The notes under the pieces were generated by a model, which had not been told where the DNA came from, did no database searches, and worked only from the letters and a program-made list of their open reading frames with translations. DNA of 64,000 bases. Origin: a virus (taxonomy: Duplodnaviria > Caudoviricetes). The stretch lies in the IMG/VR virus record IMGVR_UViG_3300031998_000059, positions 7,894-71,893 of that record, one strand, 5' to 3'. The position numbers and the translations under genes are program-made. This document shows, one piece after another, positions 27,958 to 36,876 of this stretch. Position 1 is the stretch's first letter; each line of letters begins with the position of its first letter.

Positions 27958-28818
27958 TTACATATACATTTGCCCGTTCTCATAACAGAACACCGGCTTT
28001 CCCGTCCTCTTGAAAATCTTTTCAGCCTGATCGGCATCGCTCTCGCAGAACAATTGCGCCCAAGCCGCATCCCTATATATCCGCGCTTTGAACTTCGCGG
28101 GACTCATCGTGCCGTTTCTCGCATCCCTGTCAGGTGCGTTGAACATGTGCAACTGCCCGTATTCTATACCGTGTTTCTTCATCCACCCCTCGGTCACGCC
28201 ACGGTACTTTTCAAGGCGATAGGTTACAAACGCACCTATCCTTGTGGTGGGTATGATCATCGGTACTGCATTGGGCAGGTATTCTTCATAAGCCTTGGTG
28301 TCCCTGTCGTCAGGTGGGTTCTTGCAGAGCAGTCCGTCAACATCCCACATACTCACATCGGTCTTCTTCGGCCAGTGGTGCATGATGTTCCATTCATACA
28401 GCCACATCTTCTCGCCTGGCCGCCATATATCGTAGAGCCAGACATCAACGGCATTCTTTGCCTTTCTCCCCTCTGCATAGACACAGCCGTAGAGTATCTC
28501 GTACTTGCCTTCAAGCGGAGCAAGGCGTTCCTTTGTCTTGCGCATTGCGTCACCGCTGTAATACGTATCATCAATTACCAACACCTTACCTGCCTTACCT
28601 GCGTTTGTCATGAAGCGTTGTCTGTTGCCGCACGACATTTCCCTACCTTCAATGAATGCGTCAAGGTCTGCGCAACGCCTGTTCATCAGTTCGGCTATCA
28701 TCAGCGCAGGTATCATTCCTGAACGAGGTACACCAACTATAAGGTCAACATCATACGGGATCTTCCATAGATTCGTACGTATAACGCTCGCCATATCTTC
28801 AAAACTCGTGTATATCAT
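27958..28818 (-). CDS. Phosphoribosyltransferase-HAD phosphatase fusion
   Basis: VGVPRSG, VLVIDDTYYSG (PRPP loop); WDVDGLL (HAD motif I). Confidence 0.8.
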   Translation of the reverse strand: MIYTSFEDMASVIRTNLWKIPYDVDLIVGVPRSGMIPALMIAELMNRRCADLDAFIEGREMSCGNRQRFMTNAGKAGKVLVIDDTYYSGDAMRKTKERLAPLEGKYEILYGCVYAEGRKAKNAVDVWLYDIWRPGEKMWLYEWNIMHHWPKKTDVSMWDVDGLLCKNPPDDRDTKAYEEYLPNAVPMIIPTTRIGAFVTYRLEKYRGVTEGWMKKHGIEYGQLHMFNAPDRDARNGTMSPAKFKARIYRDAAWAQLFCESDADQAEKIFKRTGKPVFCYENGQMYM

Positions 28819-29600
28819 TGCTTGTTATTATTAATAAATGCCTCTTTCTCTGCCGTTCGTTCATTGAAGCGGAAGAAGTAGTCTTTGTACTGCTCCTTGA
28901 ACTTCGCGTATGTAACACCTGCCGCACCTTTCTTCCATTTGTTTGTCACCCATTCCTCAATAGTCTTCGTTGAGAAATGCTTTAAGTATGCCACACTTGT
29001 ATCCTGCGGCTGTCTTTTATTCTGCCCTGTAGGCTCTAATAATGGCGTACAGCACTTTAGTATCGGCTTGCTCGGGACATGGACGCTCTTGACGAATCGA
29101 AGATCTGTAATACCTGTACGGACAATACATTTACCAAGTGTAGATGGATGTACAAGGTACTCGGTGAAACGCTCCATCAAAGGCCTTCCGTCATTCCTCA
29201 CCAATCCGCTGTCCGTCATTATCAACCAAGGTATCATAACAACATGATACTCTTTTGGTATTCTTTGCAAGAAGCTATCAACCGCTCCATGTGATTCTAT
29301 GTCAGGAAGACAAAGGAACTCGTCGAAGTCAAAGAAGGCTATCCAGTCGTATTCCGAAGAAAAACGCGCATAGGCATCGTTATAGGCATTACGCTGCGCC
29401 CGCTCTATATCACGATATGGGACTATCACCACATTACCATTATCTATATAGTCTTGTAGTACCGCCTCAAAGCGTTCCTCTCCACGATGATTGTTATCGT
29501 AGATAATCACTTTATTGAAACCTATCCCAAGATGGTGTTCCACAAACTCACGGGCATAGTCGTTTTCAAGCCGCCCGATAGCCACCAACGCCACCTTCAT
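28815..29600 (-). CDS. GT-A glycosyltransferase (GT2/GT92-like)
   Basis: EFVEHHL.IGF..VIIYDNN; WIAFFDFDEFL. Confidence 0.85.
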   Translation of the reverse strand: MKVALVAIGRLENDYAREFVEHHLGIGFNKVIIYDNNHRGEERFEAVLQDYIDNGNVVIVPYRDIERAQRNAYNDAYARFSSEYDWIAFFDFDEFLCLPDIESHGAVDSFLQRIPKEYHVVMIPWLIMTDSGLVRNDGRPLMERFTEYLVHPSTLGKCIVRTGITDLRFVKSVHVPSKPILKCCTPLLEPTGQNKRQPQDTSVAYLKHFSTKTIEEWVTNKWKKGAAGVTYAKFKEQYKDYFFRFNERTAEKEAFINNNKQ

Positions 29601-29601
29601 A

Positions 29602-30291
29602 CTACTTCCACAAATCCTTATTCTGTCTTAGCCATAGAGACGCATCCTTATTCTTCCAGCTCCCAGCCTTGAAGTGTACGATGTATTCGCCTATGCCGAT
29701 TTCCAGTTTCGGCAGTCCGTGCGATGCGCAGTCTTCGGCAAACCACATTCCTGTGTCATAGCCGATACCTGGAACATCTTTTGTCAAGGCATACATCCTT
29801 TCGGGGTTGAAATATGACACACCGTTGTTGTGCATCATGCGCACGTTGACATAGCAGAGGAAAGGCAACAGCCTGTCATGGCACTCTCCAAGGCGTTTCA
29901 CATTCTTCGCCACCTCTCCGACGTATGCGTATTCGGGATTCCAGAAACAGGTGATGTCTTTCTTTATCAGAACGTCCGAGTCCATCAGCACAAAAGGATT
30001 CTTGCGCTTGTTGACGAACCACTGGATGCTGTAGCAGTGCTTGGCACTTGCCCAATCGTTGGTAGTCTTAACCTTGTCGGGAAATCCTTTCAACCACTCC
30101 CCGAAGTTGATAATCTGCCCCTTCGTGTTGTCAATATATGTGACATTATCAAAGGTATTGACAAAAGGCCTCTTGTCGCTGTTGTCAAACACTATGACCT
30201 GACATCCTTCCGTAGTCTTGTTCAGTGAACGGATAGTGGCGCTCGTCAACTCAGGTGTGTTGTAATGTATTATCACTACATCTTTTTTCAT
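29602..30291 (-). CDS. GT-A glycosyltransferase
   Basis: VIIHYNTPELT; VIVFDNSD; VLMDSDVL (DxD). Confidence 0.8.
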   Translation of the reverse strand: MKKDVVIIHYNTPELTSATIRSLNKTTEGCQVIVFDNSDKRPFVNTFDNVTYIDNTKGQIINFGEWLKGFPDKVKTTNDWASAKHCYSIQWFVNKRKNPFVLMDSDVLIKKDITCFWNPEYAYVGEVAKNVKRLGECHDRLLPFLCYVNVRMMHNNGVSYFNPERMYALTKDVPGIGYDTGMWFAEDCASHGLPKLEIGIGEYIVHFKAGSWKNKDASLWLRQNKDLWK

Positions 30292-30305
30292 AAGCCGTAT
30301 TATAT

Positions 30306-30340
30306 AAAAAAGAGGGGCAAGGCGGATAACCGCCCGCCCC
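30306..30340 (-). terminator. Terminator between the major tail gene and the GT cluster
   Basis: GC-rich hairpin plus U6. Confidence 0.6.
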
Positions 30341-30366
30341 CATTTGCGTATTCAGAAGAGACCCAA

Positions 30367-30936
30367 TCAATTGCTTGAGCTTGAGCCTTCAAGACTCAGA
30401 GGATAGAATGACGCACCGGTGGAATCAGGCATCGGTGTTACAAGCACGTTGTAATAGCCCGTTGAATCATCACCTCCCTCGCCGTTGAAAGAAGCATACA
30501 TCTCAACGTTGGGAAGATATACAAGGGTAGTCTTGTCCTCGCTCTCCATGAGCAGCGCACCGGTCACTTTCTTGACTCCGAGGCCATAGCCGTTACCGGT
30601 GTAGGTCTTGCCTTCAAACTCCACGGAAACAGCTTCCGAGGTCTTCTTCTCCATCAGCAGGTCGTTGATGGTGTCATGAACGCTCGACACCTGGAAGGCG
30701 ATGTTTGAATCACCCTTCGTGGCCTTGCTCGCCCACAGCACACCGTCGGTAAGCTCCACATCGTTCTTGTTAGCGGCACCAGTGTCAAAGGTGACACCAC
30801 CGTTCAGAACGGGAAACTCAATGCCGCCAGTCTGTTCAGCCAAAGGCTTGGTAGCATCAGGGAAGTAATACACCCTGTTCACCTTGTCGAAAATCTTGTG
30901 CAGATTCTCCTTTTTGGTAGATATTGTTACACCCAT
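30367..30936 (-). CDS. Major tail (tube) protein
   Basis: EFPVL.GGVTFDTG; VYLPNVEMYASF; C-terminal GSSSSN. Confidence 0.7.
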   Translation of the reverse strand: MGVTISTKKENLHKIFDKVNRVYYFPDATKPLAEQTGGIEFPVLNGGVTFDTGAANKNDVELTDGVLWASKATKGDSNIAFQVSSVHDTINDLLMEKKTSEAVSVEFEGKTYTGNGYGLGVKKVTGALLMESEDKTTLVYLPNVEMYASFNGEGGDDSTGYYNVLVTPMPDSTGASFYPLSLEGSSSSN

Positions 30937-30953
30937 AATCTTTGTGTTTATGT

Positions 30954-31343
30954 TTAAACCTTAATAACTATATTGAACTGCATCACACACGAATGATACC
31001 CCATACCGTCAGACATGCTGCCAAGAAGAACAGGCTTCTCGTTGCAACTTATCAGATCTGTACTGAACGGAAGCAGTCCGCACACCCCGTCTATCAGCGA
31101 CTCCATTCGCTCCACGCTTTCAACACCGTTGGCAATGTCCTTGGCATAAAGCTGGAACTGCACATAAGCGGTGTTGTGCGTGTCTGCATAGGGCGTGATG
31201 CCTTGCGGCAACCTGATAATGACAAACTTGTCGCTTGTCCCCTTTACCGTCTCACGATTGGTCGTATGCACGTCAGGACATACGGTAAGAACCATGTCCC
31301 TCAATGCACCCAAGACAGCCTTTCTGTTATACCTGTTTGCCAT
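30954..31343 (-). CDS. Tail terminator/completion protein
   Basis: FVIIRLP...YVQFQLYAKD. Confidence 0.6.
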   Translation of the reverse strand: MANRYNRKAVLGALRDMVLTVCPDVHTTNRETVKGTSDKFVIIRLPQGITPYADTHNTAYVQFQLYAKDIANGVESVERMESLIDGVCGLLPFSTDLISCNEKPVLLGSMSDGMGYHSCVMQFNIVIKV

Positions 31344-31347
31344 GGCA

Positions 31348-31851
31348 TCACGTCTTATATTCGTCACAATAGAGGGTTGTCCCAAGACCACCCTTATAAG
31401 TATCGTTCAGCCTCAATGTGCAGGATGGGGCAATCCCCTCATCCGAAGAACTTGATCCATGCGATGCAGAGGGAACACCGTTTGCAACGGCCTTATCCCA
31501 CTCGCCTGCCAAGTCCCTCTCATACACATCGACGAACATCCCTGATTTGGGAACATCGGTGACAGCACCGCATTCCTCACCATAGCGCCCGTCAGGGGCG
31601 GCATCCTCATCACCAGGCAGCTTACCGCCGACCAATGAACCGAGCTGCACCCTGTAGTCGCTTTTCAGAACATGGTCAGACCCGTAGAACGTGCGCACGG
31701 AAGTGTTGCTCTCCTTGCGGCAACGGCCTTGCCAGACCACCTTCTTCAAGGCGGCTATCTCCTGCTCCGTCTCAAAGCCCGTAGGCTCCTGCATCGTATA
31801 TACCGTGCAACGGTGCGGAAATCTCGGAAAGTCCTTTGCAAGCCTGCCCAT
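31348..31851 (-). CDS. Head-closure protein
   Basis: PRFPHRCTVY..VWQGRCRKE; start reassigned; internal GSSSS. Confidence 0.6.
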   Translation of the reverse strand: MGRLAKDFPRFPHRCTVYTMQEPTGFETEQEIAALKKVVWQGRCRKESNTSVRTFYGSDHVLKSDYRVQLGSLVGGKLPGDEDAAPDGRYGEECGAVTDVPKSGMFVDVYERDLAGEWDKAVANGVPSASHGSSSSDEGIAPSCTLRLNDTYKGGLGTTLYCDEYKT

Positions 31852-31855
31852 ATCG

Positions 31856-32224
31856 CTACCAGTTAAGAATGCGTATCCTCGAATTGCCGAGGAGAGGCTC
31901 GTCCCACTTGGAATACAGGTCAAGGTATCTCTTCTTCCATTCGTCGATGTTAGCCTTAGATACCTGCCACCCTCCTTCCGAATGAGACCATCCTCCATCG
32001 GCAACCTTCTCGGTGCCCCCTCCTACAGGAAGGCTCGCAAGCCAATAGTACATCGTACCCTCGGCAAGGTCAGCATCCCTTTCCGACAACTCGGCGTAAG
32101 GCGTATCAGGCTCAATCCTGCGCTTTGCGCACACATACCGTACACCTGAATCCGTAACCAGCTCACAGATGTCTTTCAAAAACTGGCTGACTGTATCGAA
32201 ACCTTCCATAGGAGCATCATTCAT
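31856..32224 (-). CDS. Head-tail connector (DUF6706-like)
   Basis: DLAEG.MYYW....P......K.ADGGWSHSEGG. Confidence 0.65.
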   Translation of the reverse strand: MNDAPMEGFDTVSQFLKDICELVTDSGVRYVCAKRRIEPDTPYAELSERDADLAEGTMYYWLASLPVGGGTEKVADGGWSHSEGGWQVSKANIDEWKKRYLDLYSKWDEPLLGNSRIRILNW

Positions 32225-32231
32225 GGGTTAA

Positions 32232-33467
32232 TCATTCGCTTGAACTTGAGGTTGTGGAGCTTGAGCTTGAACCTGAAGTCTTTGGAGCAATGGTGGAGAT
32301 ATACATGTGCAGGATTGCGCCAGGAACGCAAATCTGGCCCATTTCACCATTCACGTTGATAGAGTGAGAACGAGGAACATCCTCCTGCTCAATCAACAGG
32401 CGTTTGCCCATCGAGTAAGCCACCTTGTCGGCATCATAGCCCATAGACAGAGGCTGCACACCCTGAATGCCACCAAGCTTGCCGGTAGGCACGAAGGCAA
32501 CGTTCTGTGGATCGAAGTTGTCGATTCTCTCCTCCACCAAGTCAGGCTCGCCGAGAGCGTTCACACCAGGCTTGCTCACATAGGCGTAAGTGTCCTGGAT
32601 GGCAATCTCGTCAACCTTGATGATTCTGCGTACAGCGTCCTTCATCACATCATCATCGGTGAAACGGGCGATGTCTGAACGTGCGCTGTCACTTGCGACA
32701 TTGCGGTAAATCCAGTTTGCAAGCACACTGACTACCTTGCTGTGACCGAGGAAGTCATCCCATGTGTCACGGGCGAACTCAGCCTTCAGAGGACCGTTGT
32801 AGTGCAGGTCTCTGCGGATAGCCTTCACACGCTTTGCCAGATAACCCAGAGGGTCTGACTGGCTACCTTCAACGGTATGCTCTGCGTTCTTCCACCACTG
32901 GTATTCGCCTGTCAGCACATCCTTGTTGGCGGAAGGCATGTTGAAACCGATGGTCACGCCCTTGTAACCGCGTGGGTTGTTGGTGGCGCTGATGGTGAAC
33001 TGGCCTGTGGAGACAATCTGATGACGCTGATGGTTCAGCGCATTGTAGAATGACTGGATGAGTCCGTCGGTGCCCTCATCGAGCAATCCGAACATCACTT
33101 CACGCATCTCATCATCCATCACGGCATTGCCGTACTTCTGCACAAGCTGCATCTTCTCACGCAGGATAACGCGGTTCACAGAGTAGAACAGCTTCTGCGT
33201 AGGCACGTTGCCGGTCTTGCCTTCCAACTGGCCGAGAGGCTTCTCGAAACCTTCGGACTCAGGGTCAACATAGGTGGGGAGCACCTGCGCTCCGACCTTT
33301 GCCAGCATCTGCGTCCAAGTGTAGCCGATACTTACGGGGTCGAACTCGAAACCGTCAATGGTGATTGCGTCGAACTTCTCCTCGTAGTGGTCAACAAAGG
33401 TCTGCCAATCCTGACCGTACATGCCAAGATTGATCATGTCTCTTAAAGTAACTGGAATTGTTCTCAT
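32232..33467 (-). CDS. Major capsid protein
   Basis: 411 aa; follows scaffold and decoration genes; Ser-rich C-terminus. Confidence 0.8.
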   Translation of the reverse strand: MRTIPVTLRDMINLGMYGQDWQTFVDHYEEKFDAITIDGFEFDPVSIGYTWTQMLAKVGAQVLPTYVDPESEGFEKPLGQLEGKTGNVPTQKLFYSVNRVILREKMQLVQKYGNAVMDDEMREVMFGLLDEGTDGLIQSFYNALNHQRHQIVSTGQFTISATNNPRGYKGVTIGFNMPSANKDVLTGEYQWWKNAEHTVEGSQSDPLGYLAKRVKAIRRDLHYNGPLKAEFARDTWDDFLGHSKVVSVLANWIYRNVASDSARSDIARFTDDDVMKDAVRRIIKVDEIAIQDTYAYVSKPGVNALGEPDLVEERIDNFDPQNVAFVPTGKLGGIQGVQPLSMGYDADKVAYSMGKRLLIEQEDVPRSHSINVNGEMGQICVPGAILHMYISTIAPKTSGSSSSSTTSSSSE

Positions 33468-33499
33468 ATCCTTGTTCCTTTCTTCTTTACGTTAAACAC

Positions 33500-33970
33500 T
33501 TACACGATTTCGACCTTTGGACCATTCAGCTTGACGGTCATACCCTTGAGGGCGGTTGCAACAGCAGCGGCCTGCTCGGGGGTGTCACCAAGCATATATC
33601 CGTAAATCTCACCTTTCTTAATCACCGTGCAGGTTGCAAAGGTGTCCGCGTTGATAACGGGAACATCCTCCTGCAAGAAACCGATGATTCCAAGAGTATC
33701 AACACCACTGCCAGCGGCGGCAGTTGTGATGTCAGACCATTTCAGTGCTTTGTAATCCTGCTCGTCAGCACCCTGAGTATCATCCTTCACTACTGCCATA
33801 CCGGCGCGGATGATACCTGCACTCACGAAATCGGAAACATTCTTGATTCTGCCGGTACCAGGCCACTGCTCGTAGATTCTGCGCCATACCTTACGGGCAT
33901 GACCCATTGTGAAACTCTGAGCATCGAAGGTGTTACCGGTCTGAAAAACTTGATTCTTCATTTGCTTCAA
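33500..33970 (-). CDS. Head decoration-like protein
   Basis: Position between scaffold and capsid; GFLQEDV...T.TVIKKGEIY. Confidence 0.55.
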   Translation of the reverse strand: MKQMKNQVFQTGNTFDAQSFTMGHARKVWRRIYEQWPGTGRIKNVSDFVSAGIIRAGMAVVKDDTQGADEQDYKALKWSDITTAAAGSGVDTLGIIGFLQEDVPVINADTFATCTVIKKGEIYGYMLGDTPEQAAAVATALKGMTVKLNGPKVEIV

Positions 33971-34001
33971 GTGTTTGTGTTAATAATTCTGTTGATTCGG
34001 C

Positions 34002-34688
34002 TCAGTTCTTCCTGCCCCATCCCTCTTTCTGCGCCTTCTTCTTGAAGGCCTTGTCAAGTTCGGTCTCAGAGCTTGCACCGCCACCACCTGACAAACGGGG
34101 AGGCGCACCGCCGCCACGGCATCTGAGGTATTCGGCATCGTACTTCGCCAGATACTCTTTGGTGAGGTCCTCTACTGTCTTTGTCACATCGAGTTCCACA
34201 CCCTTGAGCGTTTGTTCAAGCACATACTCGTCGGTGGCCTTCTGCCCCTTCATGGCGTTTTTCACCTTTGCAAGGAGTTCCGCCTGCTGCTTGGTCTTGT
34301 CGCTGCTGTCAAGCCTTGATGTCAAGGCGTCTATCTGTGCTTTGAGGTTCTTGACCTCTTCGCTTTCAGGAGAAGGTGTCTTGGCACCCTCTATCAGCTT
34401 CTTGATTTCGGCAAGCTGACCGTCGTTCATGTTCTTGATTGTTTCGGCATCGAACTTGAAGTTTTTCTTCCACTCCTCCGCCTTGCCAGCAAGCAGGAAG
34501 TTGATGTTACCCTGAAAATCCTTGGCAAGATTCACGATTCCCGTGAAATAGGCATCATCCGGCTCCACTCCTTCGCCAAGAGGGGCTACGGAGTTCCTGA
34601 ACTCTACTGCTTTCTGGATGGTTTGCGCGGAAACGTCGGTTTTTCCGAGTCTTTCCTGCACGGTAGAAACGATTTTTTCGATTTCCAT
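34002..34688 (-). CDS. Scaffolding protein
   Basis: Coiled coil, Gly-rich linker, basic end; start reassigned to 34688. Confidence 0.65.
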   Translation of the reverse strand: MEIEKIVSTVQERLGKTDVSAQTIQKAVEFRNSVAPLGEGVEPDDAYFTGIVNLAKDFQGNINFLLAGKAEEWKKNFKFDAETIKNMNDGQLAEIKKLIEGAKTPSPESEEVKNLKAQIDALTSRLDSSDKTKQQAELLAKVKNAMKGQKATDEYVLEQTLKGVELDVTKTVEDLTKEYLAKYDAEYLRCRGGGAPPRLSGGGGASSETELDKAFKKKAQKEGWGRKN

Positions 34689-34708
34689 ATTCCTTGTGTT
34701 TATGTTAT

Positions 34709-34753
34709 AAAAAAAGGGAGCATCGGTGTCTTTCACCAAAGCTCCCAGGCTTT
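34709..34753 (-). promoter_or_regulatory. Leader attenuator C
   Basis: AAAGCCTGGGAGC, GAAA hairpin, GCTCCC, U7. Confidence 0.6.
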
Positions 34754-34766
34754 ATCTGTCATAACA

Positions 34767-34946
34767 TCAGTTGCCAACCACTTCGACCTTTATGTAGGTC
34801 CTGCATCTCCTGCACATACACCTCGACTGGAGGTAACCCCTCACCGACTCTACATCGAACAGTATCTGCCCGCATTTCGGGCATTTGGCGAAATTCGTGC
34901 TTTTCGCCCCCTGCTCAGAGTCTATTTCAGCGTTTATACGAAGCAT
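34767..34946 (-). CDS. Com-like zinc-ribbon protein
   Basis: KCPKCGQILF...SRCMCRRCRT. Confidence 0.65.
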   Translation of the reverse strand: MLRINAEIDSEQGAKSTNFAKCPKCGQILFDVESVRGYLQSRCMCRRCRTYIKVEVVGN

Positions 34947-34965
34947 AAGTGGTACTGGTTTCAGC

Positions 34966-35056
34966 GCAAAGGTATGTATTTTCATACAATTTACAAACAT
35001 AAACAGGGAAATTTTTCCATAAAATTGGATATTTTTGTATAAAATCACTATTTTTG
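34966..35056. promoter_or_regulatory. Divergent late promoters
   Basis: TACCTTTG (minus, 34966-73) and TATTTTTG (plus, 35049-56). Confidence 0.6.
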
Positions 35057-35124
35057 CACCAATAATTGGAACAAAAAGAGCTTTTTCAAGCCGTGTGGAA
35101 GAATTTTCATGCGGCTTTTTTGGT

Positions 35125-36834
35125 ATGACACAGACACAGGATATAGACTTCAGCCTTGTCAGGGAGCGCGGAGCAGAGTTCACGGACTTCCTGAGAGATT
35201 CGGGTTTCCTGCTCATGGACGAGTCGGAAGTGGAACCTTTGCGCAAAACGGCCATAGAGAAGGGGAGCGACAGGTTCATCGTGGCGCAGGCAGGAGGGCA
35301 GAACAACATGCTCATGTCAGAGGCAGACATCACCATCGGTGGAGGATCGCGCGGCGGCTCGAAGACGTTCTCCCTGCTCATGGACGCCCTGTACAACGTC
35401 ACAGACAGCAATTTCAGGGCGATCATACTCAGAAAGGAACTTGACGACCTTGCAGACATAGCGGACACCTCAAGCCAGCTGTTCCAGGAATACGGGTCAT
35501 ACAACCGCTCGAAGAACGATATGACGTGGAACTTCAACAGCGGAGGGTGGCTGAAATTCTCGTACCACAACGACGACTACCAGAGCTTCCATGACCGTAT
35601 GCAGGGTAAACAATACGCATACATCGGTGTCGATGAGGTGACACAGATGGCTTACAACAAGTTCAAGTACATCATGTCGTCAAACCGAAACGCATTCCAC
35701 CTGCGAAGCCGTTTCTTCGGCACATGCAACCCCGACCCTGACTCATGGGTGGCGAAGTTCATATCATGGTGGATAGGCGAGGACGGACTTCCGATAAAGG
35801 AGCGCGACAGCATGATACGGTACTGCTTCATGCCATCCGACTATGTGGAGGATGTGGTCTGGGGCGACACCCGCGGGGAGGTGTTCATGAAATGCGAGGA
35901 TACCATCATGAGGCACTGGAAACCGCAGTTCTCACAATACGGCACACCGGAGGAACTGATGGTGAAGTCCGTGTGCTTCACGGAGGCAAGGCTTGACGAG
36001 AACGTCATGCTCATGTCATCAGACCCGTCATACATTGCCAACCTCGTGAACCAGTCCGAGGAACAGCGTGCGCGTGACCTCGACGGTAACTGGAAGTACA
36101 AGTCGGCAGGTGACGATGTGATAAAGATGGCGCACATGGACAGGTTCTTCGACAACGCTGAACAGCTCGGTAACGGGCAGCGGTACGTGACATGCGACGT
36201 GGCCTTCGAGGGAGGTGACCAGTGTGTGTTCATTCTGTGGGTGGGCAACCATATAGCCGACATATACACATGCAAGAAGGATGCAAGGCAGACCGTGGAG
36301 ATCACCAAGGCGCTTCTTGAAAGGTGGAGGGTGAGACAGGAGAACTTCGCATACGACCTCCTCGGCATAGGACATGTGATGAAGGGGTTCTTCAAGAGCG
36401 CCGTTCCGTTCAACGCGAAGGAGGCGGTGGAGCAGAAATACAAGGGCATGTACTACAACCTCAACGCACAGGCTGCATACATGTTCGCCGACCATATCAA
36501 GGACGGTACGTACAGTATAAACCCCGAACTGCTCGAAGAGAGGTTCACTGGAAAAGGTTACAGCAAGATGAGGCTGCGCGACATACTGAACCAGGAACGC
36601 AGGTGCATACGTTTCCGTGAGGACGATCCGAGCAGGCTTATAAGCAAGGGTGTGGAGATGAAGAACCTTATAGGGCGCTCGCCCGACTTCATGGATGCCA
36701 TGAAGATGAGGGAGATATTCAACATCAGGCAGAGGCACCACACGCCAAGGAACATGGGGCTTATCACGGGCGCTACGCCGCAGATGAGGCAAAGGATGAA
36801 TTTTATGTATAACTATGGGGGACGGAGATGGTAG
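35125..36834 (+). CDS. terL: Terminase large subunit
   Basis: GGGSRGGSKT Walker A; IGVDEVT Walker B; GTCNP; TCDVAFEGGD nuclease; SPDFMDA. Confidence 0.9.
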   Translation: MTQTQDIDFSLVRERGAEFTDFLRDSGFLLMDESEVEPLRKTAIEKGSDRFIVAQAGGQNNMLMSEADITIGGGSRGGSKTFSLLMDALYNVTDSNFRAIILRKELDDLADIADTSSQLFQEYGSYNRSKNDMTWNFNSGGWLKFSYHNDDYQSFHDRMQGKQYAYIGVDEVTQMAYNKFKYIMSSNRNAFHLRSRFFGTCNPDPDSWVAKFISWWIGEDGLPIKERDSMIRYCFMPSDYVEDVVWGDTRGEVFMKCEDTIMRHWKPQFSQYGTPEELMVKSVCFTEARLDENVMLMSSDPSYIANLVNQSEEQRARDLDGNWKYKSAGDDVIKMAHMDRFFDNAEQLGNGQRYVTCDVAFEGGDQCVFILWVGNHIADIYTCKKDARQTVEITKALLERWRVRQENFAYDLLGIGHVMKGFFKSAVPFNAKEAVEQKYKGMYYNLNAQAAYMFADHIKDGTYSINPELLEERFTGKGYSKMRLRDILNQERRCIRFREDDPSRLISKGVEMKNLIGRSPDFMDAMKMREIFNIRQRHHTPRNMGLITGATPQMRQRMNFMYNYGGRRW

Positions 36835-36876
36835 GAAAAACCTACTGTCCTACCTTCGATAAACTCCAGCACGAAT

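Noticed and set aside
34947-35570. 267-aa minus-strand ORF 34767-35570
   Set aside because: Its upstream part is antisense to terL and crosses the promoters; only the last 59 aa (zinc ribbon) are credible.
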